Positions 36,667 through 49,727 are shown, counted from the first letter of the stretch. The stretch is DNA of 64,000 nucleotides from Chiloscyllium plagiosum (GCF_004010195.1 NC_057719.1:50138302-50202301), one strand, 5' to 3'. Translations and numbers: made by a program. The notes: generated by a model not told the origin, from the letters alone.

Positions 36667-39600
36667 AGAGTCATAGAGATGTACAGCATGTAAACAGACC
36701 CTTTGGTCCAACTCATCCATGTTGACCAGATATCCTAACTTAACCTGGTCCCATTTGCCAGCATATGGCCCATATCCCTTTAAACCTTCCTATTCATATG
36801 CCCATCTAGATACCATTTAAATGTTGTAATTGTACCAGCCTCCATGACTTCCTCTGGCAGCTCATTCCATAAATGCACTTCCCTCTGTGTCAGAAATCTG
36901 CCCTTTAGGTCTCTTCTATATCTTTCCCCTCTCTCCCTAAACCAATGCCCTCCAGTTCTGGACTCCCTCAACCCAGGCAAAAGACCTTGGCTTATTTACC
37001 CTGTCCATGTCCCACTGGTCTCCGATGCTCTGGGAAAACAGCTCCAGCCTATTCTGCCTGCTTCCTATAGGTGGAACCCTCCAACCCTGGCAACATCCTT
37101 ATAAATCTTTTCTGAACCCTTTCAAGTTTCACAACATCTTTCCTATAAGAGAGAGACTAGAATTGCACATAATATTCCAAAAGTAGCCTAACCAATGTCC
37201 TGTACAGCCACAACATGATCTCCCAACCCCGATACTCAAACCTCTGACCATTAAAGGAATGCATACTAAATGCCTTCTTCACTGTCCTATCCACCTGAGA
37301 CTCCACTTTCAAAGAACCATGAACCTGCACTCCAAGGTCTCTTTGTTCAGCAACACTTTGCCATTAAGTGTATGAGTCCTGCCCTGATTTGCCTTTCCAA
37401 AATGCAACACCTCACATTTATCTAAATCAGTATTTCTCAACAGGGGCGGAAGTGCCCCTGAGGGGCGTTTGCCTTCCTTCGGTGGGCGTTGAAGTCAAAG
37501 GGGGCGGCAAGGGGGCACTGAACGTCTTTGTAGAGAGCTTACCAATCACTTGGAAGACTGCCGTGCCCTTGAAGATCATTGCTGTGTGCAGATGAATAGT
37601 TGTACAACATGAGTCTGTTATTTTCCCTGCACCCATGGTGGCATGCGCTCTGATTGGTTGCTGCGCTACTACTGATAGTCTTTTCTGTGAACGGCAAACC
37701 ATTTGAACTCGCTCGCAGTTGGCTCTGATCCTACTGCCGAGATCAATGTCACCTAACTCGTGTCGCTTCTAGGAAGACGAAACTGCAGCTTTTCAACTGT
37801 TCTACCGGGTGGCAGAATGAATGCACATTACAGCTAATTAGCCAATCAAATTTTGCCACTTGTCTGAGCATCTTAAAATTATCATGATAAGGTAATACCC
37901 ATGATTCCATCAGGGTATGTGAGCGACTGTGTAAAAATGGCCTCATCGAGTAAGAAAAAGTGCAGGCAGTATAGCATGGATTATTTGCAACATGGCTTTA
38001 TTCAGTCTCCCTCTAATAAGCAGTTACCACTCTTGCTCTGTGAACAAAGTTTTTCCAATGAGGCCATGAAGTTTTCCTGTCTTATTAAACATTTGGAAAA
38101 GAAACACAGTGACAAAAAGGACAAAGATTTGGCATATTTTCAAACATTAAAGAATAAATTAAATCAGCAACCAACGATTTCCATTCCTTTTTCAAAGATG
38201 GGAGCCACAAATGTGGATGGCCTTGTGGCATCATACAACATAGCAAAGCTAATTGCAAAATGTGGTAAACCTCATTCCGTGGGTGAATCGTTGGTGCTTC
38301 CAGCAACCGTGCTACATCAGGAACCATCAATGATTATCAAGCGTATTTCTCTCAGCAACAATTCCGTGAGAAGGCGCATCAATGAAATGGCCTCAAATGC
38401 TGAGGATAAATTATGTTCCCTTTTGATTTCGAAAGAAATCGTGGAAATCAAGCTTTACTTTTGGGGTACGTACGCTTTATCGACAAAATGAAATACGAGA
38501 AAAACTACTTTTAGCTCTGGCCCTACCGACAGATACCAAAGGTAAGACTATCTTTGACTGCGTCAAGGATTATTTTGATAAAAAGTCTGTTCCCCTCAAA
38601 AACATTGTTGCTTGTGCTACAGATGGCGCGCGTGCTATGACTGGCCAACATCGGAGATTTGTCGCATTATTAAAGAGAGAAGTACCACATGTTTTCACAG
38701 CACACTGCATTATCCATCGGCAGCATCTGGCTGCAAAGAAACTTAGTGAAGCCTTCAACTATTCTCCACAAATGGTGATAGATGTGGTAAATTATTTAAA
38801 GAGACATGTTCTGAATGAACGGCTTCTCCGCCAACTCTGTAAAGATAAAGAAGATGAATTTCTGCAATCGCTGCTACACACAGAAGTGAGATGGCTCTCA
38901 ATCGTTTCCATGAAACTATTCCACCCATCATCAAATTCCTACACAGAAATAATGAAAACCTTCGTATGAAAGCCGAAACCGTAAAACACGACTGTGCATA
39001 TCTCACGGATATATTCGATAAGTGCAATTCACTGATCGTGCAGATACAAAGAGATAATGTGAGTTTCATAAAGGCAAGGAATGCTGTTACATCTTTTATT
39101 GCGAAACTTGATCTCTTTCATCGGAATATCAGTCGTCGTGAGTTTTACCAGTTCCCGAGTTTAAACAATATCGCAGAGGATGTTACTGATGATCAATTAC
39201 TTATCTACTCAGCTCACATTCGTGCACTGCAGGATGATATGAAAATACGATTTGCTGAACTTATTATCTTATTGAAATGGCTGACTGACCCCTTTATCTC
39301 ACGCGCAGAAGAAATGGACATTCTCCTTCAGGAAGAAATGATAGAGCTCCAAAATGATACTGCAATGAAAATTCAGATTTCGTAAATGGGTGAGCTCCTT
39401 TTTTTGGATTCAAGATGCCATCTGATGATGTTTCCCGCTATTAAGCGAAGAGGCAAAGCGGTTTGCACGACCATTTCCTACTTCTTATTTGGTTGAGAAA
39501 GGATTCAGTGCCATTGCCAGAATACAAGATAAGACCCGCAATCGCATGGATGTTGTTCAGCGTGGTGACCTGAGATTGCTTTTGACAAAAATTGAACCAG

Positions 39601-40050
39601 ATGTATATGATTTAGCAAGACAACATGAACCACAAGGATAGCATTGACTATTTTGCTACCACAGACTAAATTTTATACAGAGTGAGCCAAAAGTAGGTGG
39701 ACAGTAAGAACAGTAATAAATTATCATATTTATTTTTTGTTGTATATAAAACACATTTCACTAAAGTTTTCTATTTTCAGCACTGCAGTGTATAGCAGTT
39801 ATATGTGCAAAAACAGTCTTTGCTGATTTGGGGGCATTGTATGATTTCAAGGATAAGAAGGGGGCATTGAATACTGAAAGGTTGAGAAACACTGATCTAA
39901 ATTAAACGCCATCTGCCACTGCTCCGCTCATTGGCTCATCTGATCAAGATCTCATTGTACTTTGACGTAACCTTTTCGCTGTCCTCAACACCTTCAATTT
40001 TGGTGTCATCTGAAACTTACTAACTATACCTCCAATGTTCACATCAAAAT
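36667..40050 (-). mobile_element. CR1 LINE interrupted by a hAT insertion
   Basis: CR1 sequence stops at 37427 and resumes at 39903 in register with the uninterrupted copy near 52700 (ATTTATCTGAATTAAACTCCATCTGCC). Confidence 0.85.
37428..39894 (+). mobile_element. hAT DNA transposon, Buster/Charlie group, frameshifted transposase (~37937-39647)
   Basis: TIRs CAGT(A/G)TTTCTCAAC; 8-bp TSD ATCTAAAT at 37420-37427 and 39895-39902 (NNNTANNN). Motifs KKKCRQYSMDYLQHGF, KPHSVGESLVLP, ATDGARAM, HCIIHRQHL, TEVRWLS, PTSYLVEKGFS. Confidence 0.95.
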
Positions 40051-40257
40051 AATTAACAAATGAAAGCAAAATTCATATTATCTCCTTCCCATTGGAAATA
40101 GTTTTCTTCAGGTTTCATAATTGCCCTTGACCTCCCCGACATTTCAGTTCCCAATCTGACTCCACCTCATCCTTGCTTAAAATAGTTTGTTCTTGTTTTG
40201 CTCGTCCTTTTCGAATCTTGATTATCTGGGCCGACATGACACCAATTGTTAAACATG

Positions 40258-40572
40258 ATTTGGAGATGCCGGTGTTGGACTGGGGTGTACAAACTTAAAA
40301 ATCACACAACACCAGGTTATAGTCCACCAGGTTTAATTGGAAGCACTAACTTTCAAAGCGCTGCTCTTTCATCAGGTGGTTGTGGAGAACACGATTATAA
40401 GACGCAGAGTTTATAGCAAAATAATTTATATCACACTGTAAACTTTTGGTATAAATTCTGTGTCTTACAATCATGTACTCCACAACCACCTGATGAAGGA
40501 GCAGCGTTTCGAAAGCTAGTGCTTCCAATTAAACCTGTTGGACTATAACCTGGTGTTGTGTGATTTTAACTT
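40258..40572. repeat. Palindromic element made of two inverted Penelope termini
   Basis: Arm ~40292-40421 is the near reverse complement of arm ~40444-40572. Confidence 0.85.
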
Positions 40573-41027
40573 CTCATGTCTTGAGTTTCGTGTTCGCTCA
40601 GTTTCTACGTAGTTTTTTTTTAGCCTACAGTCGATTGTGTACTGTATTTTAATTTCTTACTAATCTCTCATGACTTCCCCGAACCACTTGCTACATTATT
40701 GTCAATCAAAAAATACCCAAACTTATCACATCAATTGTGACAACAAATCCACTTCATTTAAGATTACTGCCACATTACAATAAATCTGCTAACATCGTAT
40801 GTTCAGTTTGGGTGGACGAGCAGGTTGACTCTGCGAAGGGGCAAAGCAGAGGGGGAGACGTGGAGTTTATGCTGTGGTCCGCACATTATAGTTCTGCAGA
40901 GAAATAAACTGATAAAAATTAACCTTCAACCTTTAAAAGTCATCATTAAACGCACAAAGTAAAAACAGCTATACAGACCATTGTACTGACCTCTTCACAG
41001 TGTTTTGAGAATCTCGGATCCAGTTCT

Positions 41028-41113
41028 CCTTCGATAGCTCAGCTGGTAGAGCGGAGGACTGTAGAGTTAACAGAGACATCCTTAGGTCGCTGGTTCGATT
41101 CCGGCTCGAAGGA
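41028..41113 (+). tRNA. TRY-GTA: tRNA-Tyr(GTA) with 13-nt intron (41065-41077)
   Basis: CCTTCGATAGCTCAGCTGGTAGAGCGGAGGACTGTAG-agttaacagagac-ATCCTTAGGTCGCTGGTTCGATTCCGGCTCGAAGGA; intron at the canonical 37/38 position; TTTT at 41120-41123. Confidence 0.97.
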
Positions 41114-41375
41114 GATCCATTTTAATGGAATGACTTCTATGTGCTGGTTGCTGTTTGTGTTAAACCGAATCCCAAATGAATTTTTTGATCGACTTAATTC
41201 TAATTTCACTCTCTTCCACCAGATTGGAGTCGGGCAGCAGGTCAGCAATCCTGACTCATGCGTGTTACTGAATCGCCGGGATTTAAAGTGTATTCATGCT
41301 CAACAGCAACGTGTGACCAATCACACACCACGGTGTGTCAAACACACATTACGACATTTGAAGATCTGAGTAGTG

Positions 41376-41448
41376 GCCCGGCTAGCTCAGTCGGTAGAGC
41401 ATGGGACTCTTAATCCCAGGGTCGTGGGTTCGAGCCCCACGTTGGGCG
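41376..41448 (+). tRNA. TRK-CTT: tRNA-Lys(CTT)
   Basis: Identical to the copy at 34599-34671; T8 terminator at 41453-41460. Confidence 0.98.
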
Positions 41449-42077
41449 CTAATTTTTTTTATTTCTTAGTGTATTTATATTGTCTTTTACCTTTGAAAAA
41501 CTCAGGTAGTTAACAGAAAAACGCTCGGACGCAAAAAGCTATCTTGCTAACTATATATATATATATGCTAACTATATATATGCGTGGGAATTTTCTGCAC
41601 ATAAGCATTTACGAACCAGAAAGAAAGGCAGGCGCAAACACAGAGTTACAAACAGTGTGAAATTGGATGTTAAAAAAGTCTGATCCAATGCGTTTAACAC
41701 AACCATCAAAAGACTGCAGTTGTTTATGTGTAAAAAAGACCCAGGTGAGTAAATTATGGCAAAAATAGTAATCCTAGTAAAGAGGAAAGGATATTCGGGT
41801 CAGCTGAGAATGGGGCACTGGTCAAAGCAGCGCGGGTATATCAAAAAGAAAATGTTGGACAAATATTGTTGGAAATACTCGACAGGCCAGGCAGGATTTG
41901 TTAATGATACAAGGGGATTTTTTTTCATCTGTACTTTCATTGACCTGAAATCTTTACCATAGAGAAATAACTTTCTTTCTTCAGATGCTGACAATAAATT
42001 TCTAATCTATTCTATCTATTCATATCCACTTGTAAATTTCTTATTGTTTTATTGCAACTTACTTTCCCACTTATTTC

Positions 42078-43100
42078 GATTTGGAGATGCCGGTGTTGGA
42101 CTGGGATGTACAAAGTTAAAAATCACACAACACCAGGTTATAGTCCAACAGGTTTAATTGGAAGCACACTAGCTTTCGGAGCGACGCTCCTTCATCAGGT
42201 GATTGTGGAGGGCTCGATCGTAACACAGAATTTATAGCAAAAATTTACAGTGTGATTTAACTGAAATTATACATTGAAAAATTAATTGTCTGTTAAGCCT
42301 TTCATCAGTTAGAATACAGTGAAAGTTTCACTTCTTTCATGTGTAAATCACAAAACCTTTTTTTATAAAAAGTTGCATTCTCAGGTTACCTGTTAACAAT
42401 GGTGATAGCTAGACAATATGTTGAAGGTGTTGGCCCCCTGTGTTCTCTGTCTATGCCATGATGTTTAGATTGATTCTAATCTAAGAAGTGAGGTAACGGA
42501 GTTTTACATAAATTCATGCAGTTTTTGAGCTCAGAGTTCTACATGAATGCATGCAGTTTTTGAGCAAAGTACAATGTAACCCTGAAAGTACAAATTCACC
42601 CCACAAAAATATATGTGTGCAAGTGGGTCTATGTCTGTCTGTGTGGGGGCTGTGAGTGTGAGAAAGTGTATGTGTGTGTGTAGTGAGTGCAGAGTGTCTT
42701 AAGTCTGTGAGGGGGTGCATGTGTGAGTGTGGGAGTGTGTGTGTCTGTAAGGGTGTGTGGGGGTGTCTGGTGTGCGTGTCTATGTGTATGTGTGTCCATG
42801 TGTATGTGTGCATAGGAGTGCCTGTGTGTGTGTGTGTGTATATATAGTGCAATGGTGGTCACCTGTAATGTGACATGAACCCAAGGTCCCGGTTGAGGCC
42901 CTCCCTATGGGTACTGAACTTAGCTATCAGCCTCTGCTCGGCCACTTTTCTCTGCTGCCTGTCCCGAAGTCCACCGCGGAGGATGGTCACCCGAAGGTCA
43001 GAGGCTGAATGTCCTGGACCACCGAAGGGTTCCCCAACTGGGAGGGAACCCTCCTGTCTGTTGATTGTTGTGCGGTGCCCATTCATCCGTTGTCGTAGCC
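42078..43100 (-). mobile_element. Penelope-like retroelement 3' part (GIY-YIG C-terminus, CA-rich UTR, terminal repeat)
   Basis: ORF 42859-43086 reads MNGHRTTINRQEGSLPVGE..HSASDLRVTIL..RKVAEQRLIAKF..GLNRD. Confidence 0.85.
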
Positions 43101-43324
43101 TTTGCTCGGTTTTCTTCTCTGTCCAGTTTGTAATGGGAGTTTTTTTTTCTTCTTAAACAGTTTGAGACTCTCCCATACTTCATGTAAGCTCCATCATGTC
43201 AAGTTCCCATAAAGTCTTACAGGTCTCAATTAGATCACTTCTCATTCTTCTAAATTTTAACCTGTTTATGTCTAACCTGCTTAACTTTTCCTCATAGGTG
43301 AACCACTTCATCCAAGGAAACAGT

Positions 43325-44048
43325 GCAGACCTTTCTTTGAACTGGTTCCACCCTTGCATGGTGCTACTGATGAAGTGTCACCCTCCCCTCCTGGCACCTT
43401 CCCCTGCCACCACAGGAATCGCAAAACCTGTGCCCATACCTCTCCCCTCACCTGTGTCCAAGGCCCCACATGTATCAGAATTTTACCTGCACTTCCACAC
43501 ATGTCATTTACTGTATCTGTTGCTCCTGATGCAGTCTCCTATATAATGGGGAGACAGGATGCTTCCTTACAGAGCACTTCAGAGAACATCTCCGGGCCAC
43601 ATGCATCAGCCCACCCCATCTCCCCGTGGCCAAACACTTTAACTCCCCCTCCCACTCCACCAAGGACATGCAGATCCTGGGCCTCCTCCATTGCTACACT
43701 CTAACCACCCGATGCCAGGAGGAAAACACCTCATCTTCCACCTTCTAACCACACGGCATGAATGTTACCTCATTAGTTACCTCATTTCCCCTCTCCCCCA
43801 TCTTATCCTAGTTTCAACCTTCAAACTGCTCTCTTGACCTGTCCTACCTGTCCATCTTTCTTCCCACCTATCTGCTCCATCCTCCTCTCTGACCTATCAC
43901 CATTACCCCTACCTCCATCTACCTCTCGTACTCTCAGCTACCTTCCCATCAGCCCCACCACACTCTCATTTATCTCTTTAACCCCTCGGCTCAGAAGCCT
44001 CATTTCTGTTGAAGGGCTCTGGCCTGAAATGTCGATTCTCCTGCTCAC
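43325..44048 (+). mobile_element. Penelope-like element fragment (GIY-YIG endonuclease), second family
   Basis: GTFPCHHRNRKTC, FTCTSTHVIYCICCS.CSLLYNGETG..L.EHFREHL; pyrimidine-rich 3' UTR; terminal GAAGGG..GAAA.GTC motif. Confidence 0.8.
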
Positions 44049-44602
44049 TGTACTACGGTATTGGTGAACCATCCTCAAGTCACTGGTTATGTCGAATATC
44101 ATATTATCTATCATATCTAAAGAGCCACTTAATCAACTATCCAAAAATTCATTACGAATAGATTTCTGTCGACATTGGGTAGCCATACACGTGGACACTA
44201 AAATCTAACATTCCCAACAAGATAAGAAAAACCTTGTCATTCTTGACTATCTACCTGGAGAATTGGTGTGTGATGCATCATGAGAAAGGTCTACTTGATA
44301 TCTTCTTGGTTACCCATGGCTGTAAATTGAATGTCCATTACTTTGAATTTAATTTATTTAAAGTTTTATTTGCTCTCAAGCCTCTTCAATGGCAGCGTGT
44401 TCCAATGCATTATAACTAGTACTGGGCCTAGTCTGAGTGCACTATCAGAGTAACTCTCTAATGAAACTTTTCAACTAATGTAGTTCTTCTTTGGATACAA
44501 AATCTTTCATGGTGTTTCTGGCCCGATTTATCAGAGTGTAATAAAACCTTTTAGAGACTTAATCCAAAGTCACTCCTTGTTTTCTTTAATATCTAAGCAT
44601 AT

Positions 44603-44697
44603 GATTCCTGAAGAAGGGCTTATGCCCGAAACGTCAATTCTCCTGTTCCTTGGATGCTGCCTGACCTGCTGCGCTTTTCCAGCAACACATTTTCAGA
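44603..44697 (+). repeat. Penelope terminal repeat with a minimal hammerhead-like motif
   Basis: CTGAAGA-A-GGGC-TTAT-GCCC-GAAACGTC at 44608-44635. Confidence 0.6.
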
Positions 44698-45779
44698 TAT
44701 GTATTTAAAAGCCTGCCTTCCAATTTTAAAATAGCGTTTTTCTTTGATCTAAAGTTGCATAGAAGCCCCCCCCCCCTCACAGATAATCATTAACATTCAT
44801 AATGAAAATGTCTGTTAGTTTCTCTTTGTGGTACCAATAGAATATTGGAGGATCTGCTTTAAGCCAAATCCCACCAACTATCAGATTACTGTTTCAAAAG
44901 AATAACAAAACAAAGTCACTCAGACAATACTCATGCACTTCCTGATGGGACTTGAATTCTAGCTGTTACATTTTAAGTAGCCTTGGTATTTCCAAGAAAA
45001 GCCCCTACACAATAGAATTGCAAGTTATTGCCACCTTGTAAAAGATTGCGTTAATGTCTCTGAGGCATCAATAGACTGCAATATGCTAGTCTCAATGGTA
45101 ACTACTTTCACCTCCAATCCTCTCAGAAACAAAAAAGACACATGATGCTGAGATCAACTGCCTTTTAACTGTACAATTTTAAAATGCTTCATTCAATATA
45201 TGGAATATATATTAAACAAAAACCTGAACTTTGGGTTGCAATGGAAAAGCTTCTGGTTTGAAACTAAAAGTGAGCTATCTATATTTGGAGTCTTTGCAAG
45301 TAATCAACCTTCTTTTAATCAAAACAAGAGGGTAGAACTTGTATTTCAATAACTTTCCTTAAACCCATATTCACAAAAGGAATTCCAGACTGCTAACTTC
45401 AGCTTTATACTTGATTGCAAAAGCAAGGACACTAATGAACATGCATCCCTTAGTTGTTTTGTACTCATGTTGGTGCTAATAATTTGTTTGTTCTTCTCAA
45501 TTTCATCTGGCCTTGCATGTCTGTGAACATACCTATCTTGCAAAGCATTTTCTCCCTGCCTAGGGGTGTGTGAAACAAACCCCATTTTGGTTTAGCTTGA
45601 GGATAGTGTTGTTGTAGTTTCCACAATATCAACAAACAGAGAGAATGGTGAAATATGTATTACTTAAAAGATCTCACAATTGTAGGTAACACAGAACCAA
45701 CTGAGAAACACTAAACACTCCCTGCGTCATCCAATCCAAAAAAACACTTGTTAAATTTCCATAGCTCCCTTCTATCTCA

Positions 45780-46745
45780 GCTCTCTGCTGACACATGACT
45801 GTGCAGTGAATCACAGGTCAAATCACATCATCAAGTTTGCTGATGATACAACCGTAGTGGGTCTCATCAGCACGAACAATGAGTCAGCATACAGAGAGGA
45901 GGTGCAGTGTCTAACAGGTTTGTGCAGAGCCAACAACCTGTCTCTAAAAGTGGACAAGACGAAAGAGATGGTTGTTGACTTCAGGAGGACACGGAGCGCT
46001 CACTCTCTGCTGGACATTAACAGCTCCCCCGTGGAGATCGTGAAAAACACCAAATTTCTTGGCGTACACCTGGTGGAGAATCTTACCTGGACCCTCAACA
46101 CCAGCTCCATAGCCAAGAAAGCCCAGTACCTCTCTACTTTCTGCGCAGGCTGAGGAAAGCCCACCTCCCACTCCCCATCCTGACCATTTTCTGCAGAGGA
46201 TTCATTGAGAGTACCCTGAGCTGTTGCATCACTGCCTGGTTTGGGAATTGCACTGTCTCGGATCGTAAGACCCTACAACAGATAGCAAGGACAGCTGAGA
46301 AGATCACTGGGGTCTCTCTCTTCCCTCCATTACAGATATTTACATGACGTGCTGCACCTAAAAGGTTAAGAGCATTGTGGAAGAGCCCACACATACCTCA
46401 CTCAAACTCTTTTCCCTCCTGCCAGAAAATACTGGAGCATTCAGTCTCTCATGGCCAGACTGTGCAACAATTTCTTCCCCCAAGCCATCAAGCTCCTTAA
46501 CACAGTACGCTCAGACTCTTTCCCATCTGAAATTCTTTGCATGACTTTGAATTGCTGCTAGAAAAATGTCTTTTATTTATCATTCTTCTAATACACTGTA
46601 ACTTGCATGCTTTGCACTTCTTATGTATGATGCCGTGTACGATTATGTAATTTGTGCTGTCCATATAGCACCCTCGCTCCTGGACGAACGCTATCTCGAT
46701 TTTACTGTATCAGTTGTATTTAGTAGAAATGACAAATAAAAAACT
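45780..46745 (+). mobile_element. Rex1/Babar-clade LINE, 5'-truncated
   Basis: IIKFADDTTVVGLISTNNESAYREEV..NNLSLKVDKTKEMVVDFRR; IESTLSCCITAWFGN. Confidence 0.85.
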
Positions 46746-48214
46746 ACTCTCTCTACTCACTCTCTCTCTTTCTATATATATCTATCACCTGCTGCTTTAG
46801 ATGGTTTCAGAAATATTTCCTTTTCAAACACTTCTTACCCTATATAAAAAAATGCATCACTCACAATCAGTTGACCAAACATTTCAGGAATAACTTGCTA
46901 AAAGACCTAAGATGTTATTCAACATCATGTTTCATGTAGTAGTGGAATCCACTTAAATTTTGATCACTAAATTTAAGTTGTTATTTAAACTTAACAAGTT
47001 CTGGTGTTAATTTAATATGTCTTAGCAGGGACAACTTTCTCTGTGCAAATTCATCGATGATGACAAGATTGCTTGTATCCTATTATCCTGGTGTATACAC
47101 TAAATTCTTTCCAGCTACCTAACTTTTTCTTGGGCTTATTAATTTCTTTTCAAATTTGTTTGTAGCATTAGAATTCAATCATAAGGATTTATATTTCTCA
47201 TGATCCACTCCACAAACTATGGATGTACATCTACTGTTCCAGACGATACAAATGAATGAGTCCATAACAAAAACATTAATTACTTGGCTCAAACTCTTTG
47301 CAATTAGAACATCTCTCGCTACCTGATTGGTATCACCAACTTCTCATTCAGAACATTCAGTCACAATATGTAATTTCAAAAACTTTATTAACCAGCTTCA
47401 AAGAATTCTTTGAAAAATGGTATTTTGAGTGACATATAAAACATCTGATTGCTTCCCAAGCAGTTTCCAATTTTGTTGTCTGTTATGATTGCCAAATATA
47501 ATTATGATTTTCCTTTTATATATATGGTTGTGGACTTTATCTCGATGGTGTTGATTCCCTCTTTTCTTCATGCAACTGGTGAAAGTTCCATTTGAGTTAC
47601 GAATGCTATTCCAGAAACATTTTTAAGGCTCCCAACCTTTGCTCCAAACATTTACTTCTTTCAGAAAATATAATTCCAATTAACATTAGGAGTTTATCCA
47701 TGACTGACACTTTAACATAGTCGATCAATCAAGACAAGTACTGAGTTTGGGATCTCCAAGTAGAATCCTTTCAGTCTCAAACATAGTTTATTAAATTCTA
47801 TTACATATTCTTACGTGGAATAATTTCTCAAAGTCTGACCAGCTTCATACATGTTTAATGGATAGTATTTTAAAATAAATTTTGTCCATATATGATAAGA
47901 TTATCCAAACCTTGCTCAATATCCAAATCTTGAGCTTGTTAACTCTGAAAATACTTTACACTTGATCCTGCTGTCAATGAGAATTATCAACAATGTCATA
48001 ATTGACATTCTCTTGTGAGGTTGTAGTCTATATTAATAAATCTGCTTCAATTTTCCATTGATCATATCTGAACAGAACATTGTCCGGAAATTACACTTGG
48101 TTTCAACCATTCTCTTAAAAGTAACTCAAGTTGCAACCTCTGTCTGAAACAAAACTCAATTTTAAATCTTTACATTTTGGCAACTATGCTTTGCTCCAAG
48201 AGTGTTGTGCTCTT

Positions 48215-48335
48215 CATCAGCTTATGCTCGAAACTTCGATTGGCCTGCTCCTCGGATGCTGCCTGACCGGCTGTGCTTTTCCAGCTCCACACTCTTCGAC
48301 TCTAATCTCCAGCATCTGCAGTCGTCACTTTCTCC
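48215..48335 (+). repeat. Penelope-terminus-derived repeat
   Basis: CTTATGCTCGAAAC..GGATGCTGCCTGACC..TCCAGCATCTGCAG; same family as 44603 and 51120. Confidence 0.6.
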
Positions 48336-48929
48336 CAACTATGCTTTGCTGCAAACGTAAACTCAGATATTAGGCTGTTCATGAATTAGATCAAAACACA
48401 TCTTTTCTTCTTATTGACTGAACAGTCACACACCCTTATGGACCACCTGTTAATTAATTAACCCTGCCAACAGTTTAACCTTTGCTACTCTGTTACAATG
48501 TTTTGAAATTTCATCATCGTCGTCACAACTATCTTCTTATTTTATAAAACTCCTTATTATCAACTCGTAGACTATATTTTATTTTAATTGAATTCCTATG
48601 AAGTGTTTTTGGACTTTTTAACCACTTTAAATGCATTGTATAAATGCAGGTTGTTCTTTTTTCACAGTCAGTCGTTGTTATGATTTGAAATGAGGGAATG
48701 AGGGAATGAGGGAAAAAGAATGAGGGAAACTTATTTAATGATTCCATTATAAAGGGAATTGAATAAATATTGAAAGTTAAAAATATTCTGTGCTGTTTGT
48801 TTGCCCCAATAAATTTGAAATAATTACACTTTAAGACTTACCGTTAGAGCATCTGCCTCGCAGTTCTCCATGTGGTTGGTGGACGATACATTGATATTGG
48901 GCATCTGACTGTAAGCATTGAGTATAACA

Positions 48930-49420
48930 GAATTGTTAGTGTAGAACCTGTCTATTTGGCCTAAAGTGCCTGCACCAGTGCCCAAGTGAACATTTCACCC
49001 AGTTCCAACCTCCAGATTTCCTCCTACAATCTTGCACATTCCTTCTTTTCAAATAACCCTCTCATTTAAATGCCTCAATTAAACCTATCGCCACCACGCA
49101 CTTTGGTACTGCATTCTAGCTCCTAACCATTTGCTGCATGAAAATGCTTTTCCTCCTATAAGTTTTGCTTCTGTTGCTAATAATTTTTAAGTCTGTGCCC
49201 TTCTCAATCCTTTCATGTTTGGAAAGTTTGTTTTACAGATTTATCATGATTTTTGATAGCTGAATCTTATCTCCTTTCAGCCTTCTTTTATCCAAAGTGC
49301 ACAGAGCCAATTTTTCCTATCTATCTTCATAATTGAAATTCTTCATAAATCTCATCTACACTCTCTTCAATGTTTTCACATGCTTCCTTAAATGTGGTGC
49401 CCAAAGCTGGATTCCAGCTG
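48930..49420 (-). repeat. Old CR1 3' fragment
   Basis: Decayed similarity to the CR1 C-terminus and tail. Confidence 0.55.
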
Positions 49421-49619
49421 AAGCAATTTAAAAAAAAATCAATGTAGCATATTTTCAAAGGAATTAATTGTTTTTTTTTAAAAAAAAGAAATATCACTAT
49501 GTGACGAAGGGATATAAGGATAGAGCAAGCCATTGACATTTGCTGTGGTGGTTTAATTACAGCCATAGGCGTCACTCTGCCTCCATACGGGGAACCCGCA
49601 TGGACCGAGCTCACAATAG

Positions 49620-49690
49620 ATGCTGCTGATTGGTGCAGTGGGTATATGGTTTGGTCCAATCAGAAGGCGTGTTATTGGAGAGGAAGACCG
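49620..49690 (+). promoter_or_regulatory. PSMA3 promoter with three CCAAT (NF-Y) boxes, CpG island
   Basis: CTGATTGGT (ATTGG at 49629-49633), CCAATCAG (49656) and ATTGG (49674), all within 100 bp of the ATG; CpG-rich about 49560-50180. Confidence 0.7.
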
Positions 49691-49727
49691 AGTGTGTGCC
49701 GCCGTTGCTGCTAAAGTAAGGTCCGGA

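Noticed and set aside
42514..42862. His/Thr-rich ORFs
   Set aside because: Translation of the (CA/GT)-rich Penelope UTR.
47000..48120. AT-rich stretch that might be a decayed LTR or integrase fragment on the minus strand
   Set aside because: No motif could be read convincingly by eye.
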